Shown in pieces: positions 13,303 to 25,212 of a stretch of DNA of 38,003 bases. The translations under genes were made by a program, and so were the position numbers. Numbering within the stretch: the first letter of the stretch is position 1; the number at the start of each line of letters is the position of its first letter. Origin of the DNA: Macrostomum lignano (taxonomy: Eukaryota). Below the pieces are notes generated by a model, which saw nothing but the letters and a program-made list of their open reading frames with translations, was not told where the DNA came from and searched no databases. Where the stretch lies: assembly GCA_002269645.1 (NCBI GenBank), contig NIVC01002025.1, positions 1 to 38,003 of the forward strand. The letters are read 5' to 3'.

Positions 13303-13684
13303 CAGGGACGTCGCCATGGATTCTATGGTTGAAGGGGGGGGGGATGAAGCCAAGAATTCAGCATGTACATGACTAGATTTCTGCTGTATATTATTTTCGG
13401 AATATGTTGTCAACTATCATTTAAGCGCCATAGGCGCCATAGGCACTCGTTTTAGTGCCTCAGCTGCACCATTTCAGCACTGCTGGCATTCATTTTAGAA
13501 CTGCTGGCACACATTTTTGAACCACAGGATCCATTTTCGCACCACAGACACTATTTTGTCATCCTGAAGCAACATTATTTATTTCCAACAACATTTTTTT
13601 ATAAAGGAATGCATGGTGGGGGACAAAGCATTTTACTGGGGCTTGTCCCCTTGCACTGCCCCCCCCCTGGTGGCGAGGCTCCTG
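13303..13684 (+). mobile_element. MITE-like non-autonomous element with imperfect TIRs and degenerate internal 21-bp repeats
   Basis: Left end cagggacgtcgccatgg followed by a G run; right end C run followed by tggtggcgaggctcctg (rc caggagcctcgccacca). Its first ~90 bp match 36950-37023 on the minus strand. No clear TSD. Confidence 0.7.
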
Positions 13685-13854
13685 ATAACGCCACATCAAG
13701 TATTAAAAATCGATCCACATCAGCTCACTGCTTGAAGCTTAAACGTAGATTTATGTCAATAAGTTTAAGAAGTTAAATCTCAAAACCTATACATTTATCA
13801 AATAAATAAATGAATTCCGTTTACTTTCAGCTCAAAAGCAACTGCTTCTTTAGC

Positions 13855-16008
13855 ATGCTATCAAAGAAGCAGCGCGCTCGCGAGTCTTATAAAAAATGGG
13901 AGAATAAAAAGCGTTCCACTGATCTTGAGGGATTCAAAGAGCAGAATTGATTGAGACAAAAAAAGTTCTATTACAAGCAAAAAAGTATTATGGAATCGGA
14001 CGTAGTAAAAGACCAGAGAAGACGTCAGATTAAGCCTAATTCAAGGAATGATACTAAACAGATTAAGAGCACTGCAAATGAGCGATTGAGTTGGTCTGAG
14101 GCTGCTAAGCAGCGGGAGATGAGAAAGAAAAAGGAAGAAATTTCGCGTTTGCTTGAACGGTTGAAGAAGGTGGAAGAAGAAAATAAAAAGCTGAAGCAGC
14201 AGAAGCGGCAAAGATTTAAAGCTGCTGTTTTTAGGCAAGGTGCCTCTGACGATTCAGAAGCCGCCATCAAGCATATTGTGGATAGCATCGTAGCAGTGAA
14301 ACGAAAGAAGCACATGCACCGCCAAAAGTGAAAAAGTTGCCAATGGCTATTTCAGATTTTTTGTGTGAGGACCAAAACTCACGGGCAACTGCTGGAAGAA
14401 AAGAGACCGTGCTCAGAGGGTCCAAAAAGAAGCAGAAACACTATCTTCTTTACGGAATGCAGATTTTGTACAAAAAATTTCTGTCAGAACACCCAACTAT
14501 AAAATGTAGCAGGGCTTCATTTTACCGTTACAAGCCGCCACATGTGCTTCAACCAAAAGTAGGCAATCGAGAACAGTGCCTATGCCCACTGTGCACCAAC
14601 TTCGACCTTTTGTTTGAAGGAATTCGTAAAGCAAAGCTAATAGACTCAACAGCTGACAAGCATGATCTTCTACAGAAGATTGTTTGCTCAGACGAGTCGT
14701 ACAACTGTCTGAACAATATATGCCAGAAGTGCACCCAGCTTTCTCCTATCAAAGCTGTGCCGTTGCTAATCAGCCAATTGTTGTGTACGACATGTGGAAG
14801 CATAGGACTGATGCGAATGGCATGGAGGTTGTAAAGAAAACGATGAACTGTGAGTTTGCCATAGCAAAACTTTTGAAACATTTGCGCAAATATGGCGCCC
14901 ACTTCCTGCGCCTCCAACATCAATTTTGCGCTATTCGTCAGCTGAAGGACAATCTGGGCAAGCACCACCTGGTGCTACACATTGATTTTAGTGAAGCATA
15001 TAGCACAAAGTACCACCGCAACCAGCCCATTTTGGAGACTGCGAGCAGGTTACAACTCACCAGGGTGTCGCCTACGGGGTGTGTAAACGGCAAGGTGTGT
15101 CATTTGCTTCTCTGTCGTTGGACCGCAACAAGAAGGCAGAAGCAATTGTTGCACCCCGTAATGCTACCTGTACTGAAGCATTTTTTTCCATCTTAGGTGA
15201 AGTTGAGTGAGTCACCATCATTTCTGACTCCCCCAGCAGCCAATACTGCAACAGAATGACAATTTTTTTGTTTGATTGACTGTTGTGGCGAATTGGCATC
15301 CATCGCTGGCAGTGGATCTTCACTGAGGCTGGCCATGGCAAGGGTGCCGCTGACGGTGTGGGAGCGGCCATTAAGCGCCGTTGCGACAACTGGGTATCTA
15401 CAGGTGAGCAGAGGCAGGTGGTCACGGTGCAGGACATGATGGAGGCAATGATGATTGGTGGCAGTAACGAAGAGAAAAAGATTTTGCTTTTTGAGGTTAT
15501 AACCAGTGACATCGAGGAGTTTGGAAATGTGCTGCAGATAGTGAACTTGTCTACGATGCTGGGCATTGCCAACTGCCACCACATCTGCCAAGTTGATGAA
15601 AGTGGCATCTTGTATTGGGAGCTGGCCTGTCTCTGCACAAAAGCTACTGATTACTGTCGGTGCCACAATGCTAGGCTGTGGCAACCGCTGGCTTTGCCAC
15701 CAATTCCAAGACAGCAGATAGTGCTTTCGGTGAAAGATGCCGCAAGGTGTTCAACTGGCAAGCGTGTCAGGGGTCGAGAGCGAGGTCGGGGTCATGGTAA
15801 GTCAGGGACTGAGGTTGAGCGCTGCAGTTCTACCATCTGTATTCAGCCTGCAAGTTTGAGAATCCAGTGGATTCAATGCAATGGCTGTGATGCCTGGCAT
15901 CATTGTGAATGTGCTGGCTTTCCACCAAAGAGCAACCTGCCACAAAACTATTATTGCTCACCTGATTGCGCCTTCAACCTCACACAGGCTGAGATGAGGG
16001 AACTTTGA
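13855..16008 (+). pseudogene. Decayed DNA-transposon transposase (Sola2-like DDD type) with a C-terminal PHD finger
   Basis: Pieces across frames: MLSKKQRARESYKKW...(frame 1); AISDFL...SRASFYRYKP...REQCLCPLC (frame 3); AHFLRLQHQF...LHIDFSEAY (frame 2); AHFG...QVTTHQGVAY...SFASLS...ISDSPSSQYCN...WIFTEAGHGKGAADGVGAAIKR (frame 1); ends in CSSTIC...WIQCNGCDAWHHCEC...YYCSPDC (PHD). At least 3 frameshifts (about 14330, 14745, 15020) and in-frame TGA at 13948, 15208, 15277. The Sola2 assignment rests on recalled motifs. Confidence 0.85.
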
Positions 16009-18121
16009 ACATGAACAAACTCAACTCACATGGGAATAAATTTTTAGTTTTAAATGCTATCAATATTTAGTTGAAAACTTTATGCACCACACACTAACTA
16101 TAATTGGAAAGATCTTAATTAATCTCTACCAGAACTTACTTGGTACCGGCACCAAACTGGATAACATGCATGGGTGGGGGGGTGGAGAAAATGATTTTAG
16201 AATCATTTTGACAGCAATGCTATGTACATAAAAGATCAGAACAGACAAGGGGTGAAGAAGAGGGAGAGAAATTTTCTTCAACCAGTCTGCAGTCAGTCAG
16301 TTTGTCCTCCAGTCGAGGCAATACAGAAGCTCAACGCTTATGGTCTCACAAAAAAAAACTAAGTCTAGTATTGGGTTATAGCGATAGATCCCAGTCAGCC
16401 AGCTATCTGGTGTGACTACAGCTGACCTCTTTAACCCATGGGGATATGCCATTGCAGTAAGGTCAAGGTCCACATGCTAAAGCACGCGGCCCCTTAGTGC
16501 TTATTACAGATCCATCCATGCTAAGGAAAGTCACGGCTACAAAGAAGCACCCAAAGAAACTTATCTATCACTTCTATAACAAAAATTTGGGTGTGTAGAC
16601 ATCAAACAGTTCTAAGACCCGACAGTGCTACATGTACAATTTATAAGTCACCCGAGATGACCGGCTTTACTACGTGAGATGCCCCAAATGCCAAATTCTC
16701 ACGTGAAAAAACCTAAAACAATGTAGGAGTCAAAACACAATACTAAAAAAATAATTTAGAGGATATAATGAAAATAGCTACTGTAGTCTTCTAAGCATAC
16801 AGTGGATCGATTCCTAAATCTTGTGTAGGTCTTTTAAAGGACAGTCTATCAAGGCATATAGAGTATTATTTATGCAAAAGTAAACTATATTTTCTGAATT
16901 ATCTTCAAAACCTGACTTCAAATCTGAAGTAAAATAAAGCTCATTATATTAGCTCTATATGAAATAAGCTAACATTTTAATGTATTTTTTAAGTTTCTAA
17001 ATATTGATGAATATTCAATGCTGTTGAAGCTATGCAAAGCCTTCTCAAAAATTGTTTTGAAGTCCTAATAAGTACTGGCAAATCAGTGGTTTGTTTCATA
17101 TTCTTGTATCAAGGAATTGGATTTGAATATATGCTTCATTTTACAAATGAGATTTTTTCCACTGGTGCTTGTTATTTTTTTCTCTTTAAATTTAGCTTAT
17201 TGAAACTCAATGGTAAATTGTTGAACTTCAAAGAAAAACAGATTTTTAATTATTTTCATACAGAAAAATTGTTCTAATATTACAGTAAATCATTTTGTTA
17301 TTGTTATTGTATTGTTATACCCATTTTAGATTACTTTTATATGTTGTATGTTGTTGCATTATTATCATTGCTTTGATAAATTTCACAGATGCATGTATTT
17401 TTTCCAAATTACTCTAAAACCAAAATAAGCAATTTCAATGAAAGAATAAAGTTAGAATAGAAATACTGATATTTACCCTAAATTGCCTTATTTCTGACTT
17501 TCATACTATATGTGCTAGTAAGCTATCAGATAACTTCTAACATCTCTACCTTGTGAGCTTGCAATTTATGCGCTCCATGAATATTACATACTTTTTTAGA
17601 AATTAAACAGAGTTTGCATTTTAAAGTTACATCAAAAACAACTTTAAATGAATTTTCCAAAGAAAACGGAGAATGAAGTATTCAAAATAATGATGATCTC
17701 ATTTACATTTTCTGAATTTTTAAGAACTTGAAGACAAACAGGTCAACAAGAACGATGTCCAAAAAGAACTTTTTTCTTTGAAGTTAAAAACGTGTGGTGT
17801 AACTATTTTTTAATAGTTAAACAAAATCAAATATGACTATTTAAGACTTTAAGTTGTTTATCTTTGTAACTTAATAAAAAATTACTAGACAAAATATTAC
17901 TTTTAGGTGTTTCATATGCATTTTAATTAGATATTGCAGAACAACTTTGTCGTCTATATATCCTTATGGTAAAATAAACAAACACGCTTATTTATTGAAT
18001 ATTCAAGGATTTTCTGGTTTAAAAAACCTATATGGGTTGTGGTGCCACAATTGAAAATTTTAAAGCCAAAAAAATAATATTTTATGCTTTTTAATTTTTT
18101 GTTCATAAATTCAAGCCAAGA

Positions 18122-18253
18122 TTTGAGAACAACCCAATATCTGTTCTTAGCCAATAGTGACTTACATGTGATGTATATGTTGCCAATAGAAACAGCCAGA
18201 TGATTTCCAAGGTTGTGCATGTATGCCTAGGCTTATTATATACAATGATCATC
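18122..18253 (-). repeat. Right arm of the inverted repeat pair (partner 11908-12055)
   Basis: ttgagaacaaccca...ctgttc..agccaatag..acttacat...ttgccaatagaaacagccagatgatttccaaggttgtgc...gcctaggc...aatgatcatc. Confidence 0.75.
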
Positions 18254-18900
18254 AACAAAAATATAATGCTTACATTTGCAGAATATTATTTGTTTACTAA
18301 AAGAGTAAAAAATGATAAAATGTTACTTTTTCTTCTATTGATTGTTTTAGAATAGGCCTACAATACAATCATTTGTATGTAAAAGTTTTATTTAAATGAT
18401 TGCCTTCCAAAACTATATATATATACAGGCTGATTGATGGCATTTATATTTAAATGACTTTTTAACTTAACATAAACATTGTGGTTTCTTCAGTTCAAAT
18501 TGAATAGAGAACAGAGACAAACTTCAATGGTGATTGTCTACCAAAACTAATAAGTTCAGAAATGATTTTCATCTGAAAGACTGCCAAAACTAGGCCTAGG
18601 GCCTAAGCCATACTATAGCCTAAAACCTAGCCAGCCTAGTGACTAGTCCTAGGCCCTAGGCTTAGTTTGTAAAAAAAAATATTTATGACATGACAAGATA
18701 TAAATTAGGCTTAATCTAATATTGTGTCCATCGTGTCAATGTTTTTTTTTTTAACAGCAACTCTATGCCTATGAAAAATGAAGCTGAGCTAGTGCCGAAA
18801 TACAACAACAGAGAACAGCGAAAAAAGTAAATGTTGCGCAGCAGCACTATATTGTCGCTGATAAGTCGCGTCACTTAGTCGATCTTATTTTTTTCTTCTA

Positions 18901-19283
18901 AGGGGTCTCCCTAAAACACGCCCCGCACCGCCCTGCAGCGCTACACATTAAAACAAATTGGACTATAACTGAAGACACTTGAAAATGCGTTTTCTGTTAA
19001 GCTTTAAAGTTTTTATTAAATTAAGTTTTTTTACTATGAAATATAAAATTCGGTGAATAATTAGTGATAATATTAATAATATTATTAAAAAATATTAATA
19101 AAATTTAATAATGAAAACGAAAATATAAAAAATAATAACAATATTTATAATATTAATTAAAGATATTTATTCCATTACTCGTACAACAAATATTTTTCTT
19201 TGCAATCAAATACTGCGTTGACAAAAAATGTTATAATGTGTAGCGGTTCGGGGCGGGGCGGTGCGTGTTTTAGGGAGACCCCT
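18901..19283. mobile_element. 383-bp MITE with about 50-bp TIRs and a 4-bp TSD (TCTA)
   Basis: Left aggggtctccctaaaacacg...cgctacacatta; right taatgtgtagcg...cgtgttttagggagacccct; outer 20 bp are perfectly inverted. TCTA at 18897-18900 and 19284-19287. AT-rich interior. Confidence 0.92.
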
Positions 19284-20327
19284 TCTAAGAACATGCACTT
19301 TGCGGCTGATTTATGTTTAAACAAAAGTTTTTTCGACTTTTAATATGTACACGGACAATAACTATAGAAAGTAGATTTTTACTTAAAAAACTGATTTTAA
19401 AACAATTAAATGCATTATTTTTATAATATCAGAGGAATAATATGTTGTTTCGGTTGAGATGGATAATTATTCAACACGCACACTACACGCATTTTGTCAA
19501 AAGTAGTCGTCCTGTGCAACTGCGCTACATAGTTTTTTTTCAATTTGTTTGTTCCTGTTGTGTGGAATAATAATAAATCAACTTTGCTTCACTTAATACA
19601 ATTTTTGCATTATTTACACTGAGGAAATTACGAATTTCCCTGTCTAACAAAGGTAATAAAATTTTGTTTTGCTTACGATTACGTTATGTTCAGATAGTAG
19701 AACATTCGCAAGACCATAACACTTCTAATATGCTGTGTAGAACGACTCCGTAAATAAGGTGGACTGGGTATATAATATTATTCATGAGCAGATGATTGAT
19801 GAATGAGGAATTAATGAGGTGATTTCTATAAACAAAAACGGTGTTTCTATCAGATAAAGTAGTATGAAATTGATTTTTGGAAAAAAGGGCTCGACTGATT
19901 TTAACGACAACTCAAACGCACTATTTTAACTCAAGAGCTCACTGATGTATTTGTTTTTGTATCGTGTAAAAATTTAGAAGAAAATATTATCGCATTTAAA
20001 CATTAAATACGATGTTAATGAATATTTCCCCTTCTGTCTTGTACAACCCAAAAATAAGAATCGGCGACGTAGCTTGTCACCATTAAGTTTAATTATCAAA
20101 TCTGAAAATGAGGTATTGATGTCTTCTCCATAAATTCTGGCATTAAAGTAGATACCAATTAATTAGAATTGCTTGGTAGATATTATGGTTTTAGCGTTTT
20201 ACCTGAATTGTTAGCTATATTCTACAGAAAAAGATAAACTTTAAAACGACTGTGTGATATTTATAATAGTAGTTTTTTATTTACAAGTATGACTTTATTT
20301 TTTCCACATCCAAATATTGCAGCAGCA

Positions 20328-20746
20328 ATGTACCAGCAGCCGGGAACTCTCACTCTGAGCGGCAACGTAGCCAACTATGGCAGAATTGTCAAGACAGGCA
20401 AGTGGCACTTGTCTCGCGAAGCCGAGCCCAAGGACTACGAGATAAGCACCGACAAGGTTCGAAATCTCAAACGATCGACTTATGACCGATTGGCCGCTGA
20501 ATCAGGAGCAGTAAGTTGCTCGGCTAGAAACTGCAGCCAACCGTATATTTCTAAATTAAACTTTAATCTATTTACCACACAATTCTCGAAATTTCAAAGT
20601 TTGAAGATTCAACCACCTACGGCAGCATGTGCGACCAGCTGCAGACCAAGGGTGATTACACCGAGCACCCTAAAGCGTCCATGGTTACGGCAGAGACTGT
20701 AGCCAGTGTTGTCCTTGATCGGTGAGAAGCTTACCTGTCTGTTCGT

Positions 20747-20789
<43 letters not shown>

Positions 20790-21778
20790 GCCTATCTAGG
20801 GTGATAAATAGATCAGAAATCCGTGAGACCCCACACTCCGCATCCCTCAGCGACATCGGCAGGCCGAGCCGCGGACCCGGCGCCCTGTTTCCCCGGCATT
20901 CGAGCAAGTACGACAAGCATCATCTGGAGTCCACGTACAATGCAGACTACGGGGACAGAGTGACCGACGAGCAGATTAAACAGGTGAGACGGCTTGCTGA
21001 AGACAGTCGAGTCGCGCCAAGAAACTCTAGGCTGGCTGCATTCACTTCGCTGACCCCCAGAGCACAAGCACACATGCAGATGCGAACTCAGGCAGGCACA
21101 CAATCTGTTCTCTGACACCCAACTTTCGCGCCCCTGACACCCAACTTTGGCGCCTCTGACACCCAACTTTGGCGCCTCTGACACCCAACTTTGGCGCCCC
21201 TGACACCCAACTTTGGCGCCTCTGACACCCAACTTTGGCGCCCCTGACACCCAACTTTGGCGCCTCTGACACCCAACTTTGGCGCCTCTGACACCCAACT
21301 TTGGCGCCCCTGACACCCAACTTTGGCGCCTCTGACACCCAACTTTGGCGCCCCTGACACCCAACTTTGGCGCCTCTGACACCCAGCTTTGGCGCCCCTG
21401 ACACACGACTTGTCGCTCACAAAAAAACTTTGACACAAAGGTGTTAGTTACTTACACAATTATAAAGGTACACACCGCAGGATATTGGCTCATCTGCACT
21501 TCTCACTAATATAAGTTTAGCTGCACATCCCGTTCCTTTCACAGAAATGCGAATCGGAAAACAAAGTCGAGCGGCCAGACGAGGACCTCCTGACGGCGGC
21601 TAACAAGCGGCCCCTGTCGCAGTTCTGCGACACCGCCGGACACCGCAGGCAGGGCCGGAACACCTGGCAGGATGAGACCGGGGTGTACGCCAACACGCAC
21701 CTGAGGCGGCAGGCGCACGCCTACAAGAACCCGCTGACGGGCGAAGGGCACACCTTTCTGTCCGAGTATCAGAAGTAG
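20328..21778 (+). CDS. CFAP95: Cilia- and flagella-associated protein 95 (C9orf135)-like, 4 coding exons, 240 aa
   Basis: Exons 20328-20510, 20600-20721, 20800-20983, 21545-21778 (723 nt, all GT-AG, phases 0/2/0 consistent). Protein MYQQPGTLTLSGNVANYGRIVKTGKWHLSREAEPKDYEI...STYDRL...GALFPRH...ESTYNADY...SQFCDTAGHRRQGRNTWQDETGVYAN resembles vertebrate C9orf135 motifs as I recall them (GSLTL, WHRDRE.PK.Y, STY.RL, GAVFPRH, SQF.D...NTW.DE.G.YAN). Confidence 0.88.
20749..20790 (+). repeat. (TCTG)n microsatellite in intron 2
   Basis: About 10 units read directly. Confidence 0.95.
21112..21406 (+). repeat. 22-bp minisatellite CTGACACCCAACTTTGGCGCC(T/C) in intron 3, about 13 copies
   Basis: Read directly; explains the minus-strand 'ORFs' at 20813-21438. 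Confidence 0.96.
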
Positions 21779-21850
21779 CTGGGGGCGACCACTGATGCGG
21801 GATTGAAGGAATTTCGACTCTGTTTTTCTGTACTTCGACAGACTGAGGGG

Positions 21851-21990
21851 TGACGTCATCTGACAGTTAGTAGGGGTATGGCGCCATCTGACAGATTGTC
21901 GTGTGGCGCCATCTGATATATTATTGAAGAGTGGCGCCATCTGACAGATTGTTGGGTTTGGGTGGCGCCATCTGACAGATTGTTGGGGCA
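21851..21990 (+). repeat. Cluster of TGGCGCCATCTGACAGATTGT motifs (4 clear copies plus 1 degenerate)
   Basis: Copies start at 21879, 21904, 21932 and 21963; degenerate tgacgtcatctgacag at 21851; spacers are not repeated. Confidence 0.85.
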
Positions 21991-22323
21991 GATATATTGC
22001 AGTGTCACCTAGGAGTTTGCCTTAAGCCTCTAATCTGACTGATGTGTAAATTTACCTTATTTTCTAAATTTCCTTTAATTACAATTACCTGTCAATCGAA
22101 CTAAGCTAAGAAATTTTCGATCAGTTTAACTACAAAATAAACCTATCACAGATTAGTTAAATCAGCTTTGCATTCTGAAAGCGTTTTGAGTTAAAGTTTT
22201 ACGTGAAATTTATCAATTTTAATTTTTTGTGCTTAAAACCGCTGTTTTTTTATTTTTATTGAAACAGTGAGACAAGTAACATCTGATACTACTTGCTGTA
22301 GCCACTATCGGGCATTTTTCCAA

Positions 22324-22600
22324 TTGGGTATCTATTCCAGTATAATTGGGTAGCTATTCCAGTATAATTGGGTAGCTATTCTAGTCTAATTGGGTAGCTA
22401 TTCCAGTATAATTGGGTAGCTATTCCAGTCTAATTGGGTAGCTATTCCAGTCTAATTGGGTAGCTATTCCAGTCTAATTGGGTAGCTATTCCAGTCTAAT
22501 TGGGTAGCTATTCCAGTCTAATTGGGTAGCTATTCCAGTCTAATTGGGTAGCTATTCCAGTCTAATTGGGTAGCTATTCCAGTGTAATTTAGTTAGCTAC
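22324..22600 (+). repeat. 22-bp minisatellite TTGGGTAGCTATTCCAGT(C/A)TAA, about 12 copies
   Basis: Read directly. Confidence 0.95.
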
Positions 22601-22964
22601 TCGCTCTGAACTATTACATTGTACATGCGAAAAAATTTTGACAATGAAACAAAAGTTCGAACTAAATTTGTTAGGATAAAAACTAAAGCATGTGATAACA
22701 ATCGCCAAGACTGCATGACAGTATAGAATTTGGAAGTGCATGGAAGTGCTTTATATTTTGAGGTAATAGAACTTTACAGTTAGTTCCGTTCAAATTAAAA
22801 AAACCGCAAAATTAGAGATTTCCATGTAATCTACAGTAGTACTATACAAACTGATCTCATGTTGTGTGATATAGCGTTTGAATTTTTTATATTCAAATTC
22901 TCTAGTAATCCAAAATGTAGAATTTCCTATGAGTTATGAACAGTCCGATAAATTGGTGCCTGTT

Positions 22965-24589
22965 GGTCATGGGACTCACAACGGGACTGGGGTCATAGGA
23001 CTCACAACGGGATTGGGGTCATGGGACTCACAACGGGACTGGGGTCATGGGACTCACAATGGGATTGGGGTCATGGGACTCACAACGGGATTGGGGTCAT
23101 GGGACTCACAACGGGATTGGGGTCATGGGACTCACAACGGGACTGGGGTCATGGGACTCACAACGGGATTGGGGTCATGGGACTCACAATGGGATTGGGG
23201 TCATAGGACTCACAACGGGATTGGGGTCATGGGACTCACAACGGGACTGGGGTCATGGGACTCACAATGGGATTGGGGTCATGGGACTCACAACGGGATT
23301 GGGGTCATGGGACTCACAACGGGATTGGGGTCATGGGACTCACAACGGGATTGGGGTCATGGGACTCACAACGGGATTGGGGTCATGGGACTCACAACGG
23401 GATTGGGGTCATGGGACTCACAACGGGATTGGGGTCATGGGACTCACAACGGGATTGGGGTCATGGGACTCACAACGGGATTGGGGTCATGGGACTCACA
23501 ACGGGATTGGGGTCATGGGACTCACAACGGGATTGGGGTCATGGGACTCACAACGGGATTGGGGTCATGGGACTCACAACGGGACTGGGGTCATGGGACT
23601 CACAACGGGATTGGGGTCATGGGACTCACAACGGGATTGGGGTCATGGGACTCACAACGGGATTGGGGTCATGGGACTCACAACGGGATTGGGGTCATGG
23701 GACTCACAACGGGACTGGGGTCATGGGACTCACAACGGGATTGGGGTCATGGGACTCACAACGGGATTGGGGTCATGGGACTCACAACGGGACTGGGGTC
23801 ATGGGACTCACAACGGGATTGTGGTCATGGGACTCACAACGGGATTGGGGTCATGGGACTCACAACGGGATTGGGGTCATGGGACTCACAATGGGATTGG
23901 GGTCATGGGACTCACAACGGGACTGGGGTCATGGGACTCACAACGGGACTGGGGTCATGGGACTCACAACGGGATTGTGGTCATGGGACTCACAACGGGA
24001 TTGGGGTCATGGGACTCACAACGGGATTGGGGTCATGGGACTCACAACGGGATTGGGGTCATGGGACTCACAACGGGACTGGGGTCATGGGACTCACAAC
24101 GGGATTGGGGTCATGGGACTCACAACGGGACTGGGGTCATGGGACTCACAATGGGATTGGGGTCATGGGACTCACAACGGGACTGGGGTCATGGGACTCA
24201 CAATGGGATTGGGGTCATGGGACTCACAACGGGATTGGGGTCATGGACTCACAACGGGATTGGGGTCATGGGACTCACAACGGGACTGGGGTCATGGGAC
24301 TCACAACGGGATTGGGGTCATGGGACTCACAACGGGATTGGGGTCATGGGACTCACAACGGGACTGGGGTCATGGGACTCACAACGGGATTGGGGTCATG
24401 GGACTCACAACGGGATTGGGGTCATGGGACTCACAACGGGATTGGGGTCATGGGACTCACAACGGGACTGGGGTCATGGGACTCACAACGGGATTGGGGT
24501 CATGGGACTCACAACGGGACTGGGGTCATGGGACTCACAACGGGATTGGGGTCATGGGACTCACAATGGGATTGGGGTCAAGGGACTCA
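22965..24589 (+). repeat. 26-bp tandem satellite GGGGTCATGGGACTCACAACGGGATT, about 62 copies
   Basis: Read directly and highly homogeneous (att/act, acg/atg variants; one 25-bp unit near 24240). No stop in any + frame, hence the 453-612 aa repeat ORFs. Confidence 0.97.
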
Positions 24590-24894
24590 GATGAGAATGG
24601 ATTGGTTGGTCGTTGATCGTGACTCAATGTTCATCATACTGTTGATATATATTGATCAAGCACGCTTGAGTCTACAATTATTCGGTCAGTGGGTCATTGA
24701 CTCAATTAGAAAATAGCTGTCAATTGAGTCAGCACAGCAGCACTGCTCTAAGAACGCATCAGAAAGGTCGCAGCACAATGAGAAAGCTTATAGCATCACG
24801 ATCTGGACGTCCAAGAGTAAGACTCCATTATATCTGTGAAGATCTGTATCCATAGGCAGCAAACTTTGACCTGTGCTGTGGTGCCGGAAGAGGC

Positions 24895-25212
24895 TGAGGC
24901 TGCTGGTGCTGCTGGTGCTGCTTGTGCTGCTGGTGCTGCTGGTGCTGCTGGTGCTGCTGGTGCTGCTGGTGCTGCTGGTGCTGCTGGTGCTGCTGGTGCT
25001 GCTGGTGCTGCTGGTGCTGCTGGTGCTGCTGGTGCTTCTGGTGCTGCTGCAGGTACTGCTGCTGGTGCTGCTGGTGCTGCTGGTGCTGCTGGTGCTGCTG
25101 CTGGTGCTGCTGGTGCTGCTGGTGCTGCTGGTGCTGCTGGTGCTGCTGGTGCTGCTGGTGCTGCTGGTGCTGCTGGTGCTGCTGGTGCTGCTGGTGCTGC
25201 TGGTGCTGCTGA
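24895..25212 (-). repeat. Coding 9-bp repeat (CAGCAGCAC)n encoding about 35 HQQ units
   Basis: tgctggtgc repeats on +; translates as QQHQQH... in the host frame. Confidence 0.93.

Noticed and set aside
22965-24589. CRISPR-like appearance of the regular arrays here and at 35.7-38 kb
   Set aside because: Head-to-tail tandem repeats with no unique spacers, no cas genes, and a eukaryotic context.
22878-24716. 453-612 aa ORFs (GHGTHNGIGVMGLTTGLGSWDSQRDW)n in all three + frames
   Set aside because: Product of a stop-free 26-bp satellite. Because 26 is not a multiple of 3, every frame cycles through the same 26-aa text; no codon-level constraint is evident.
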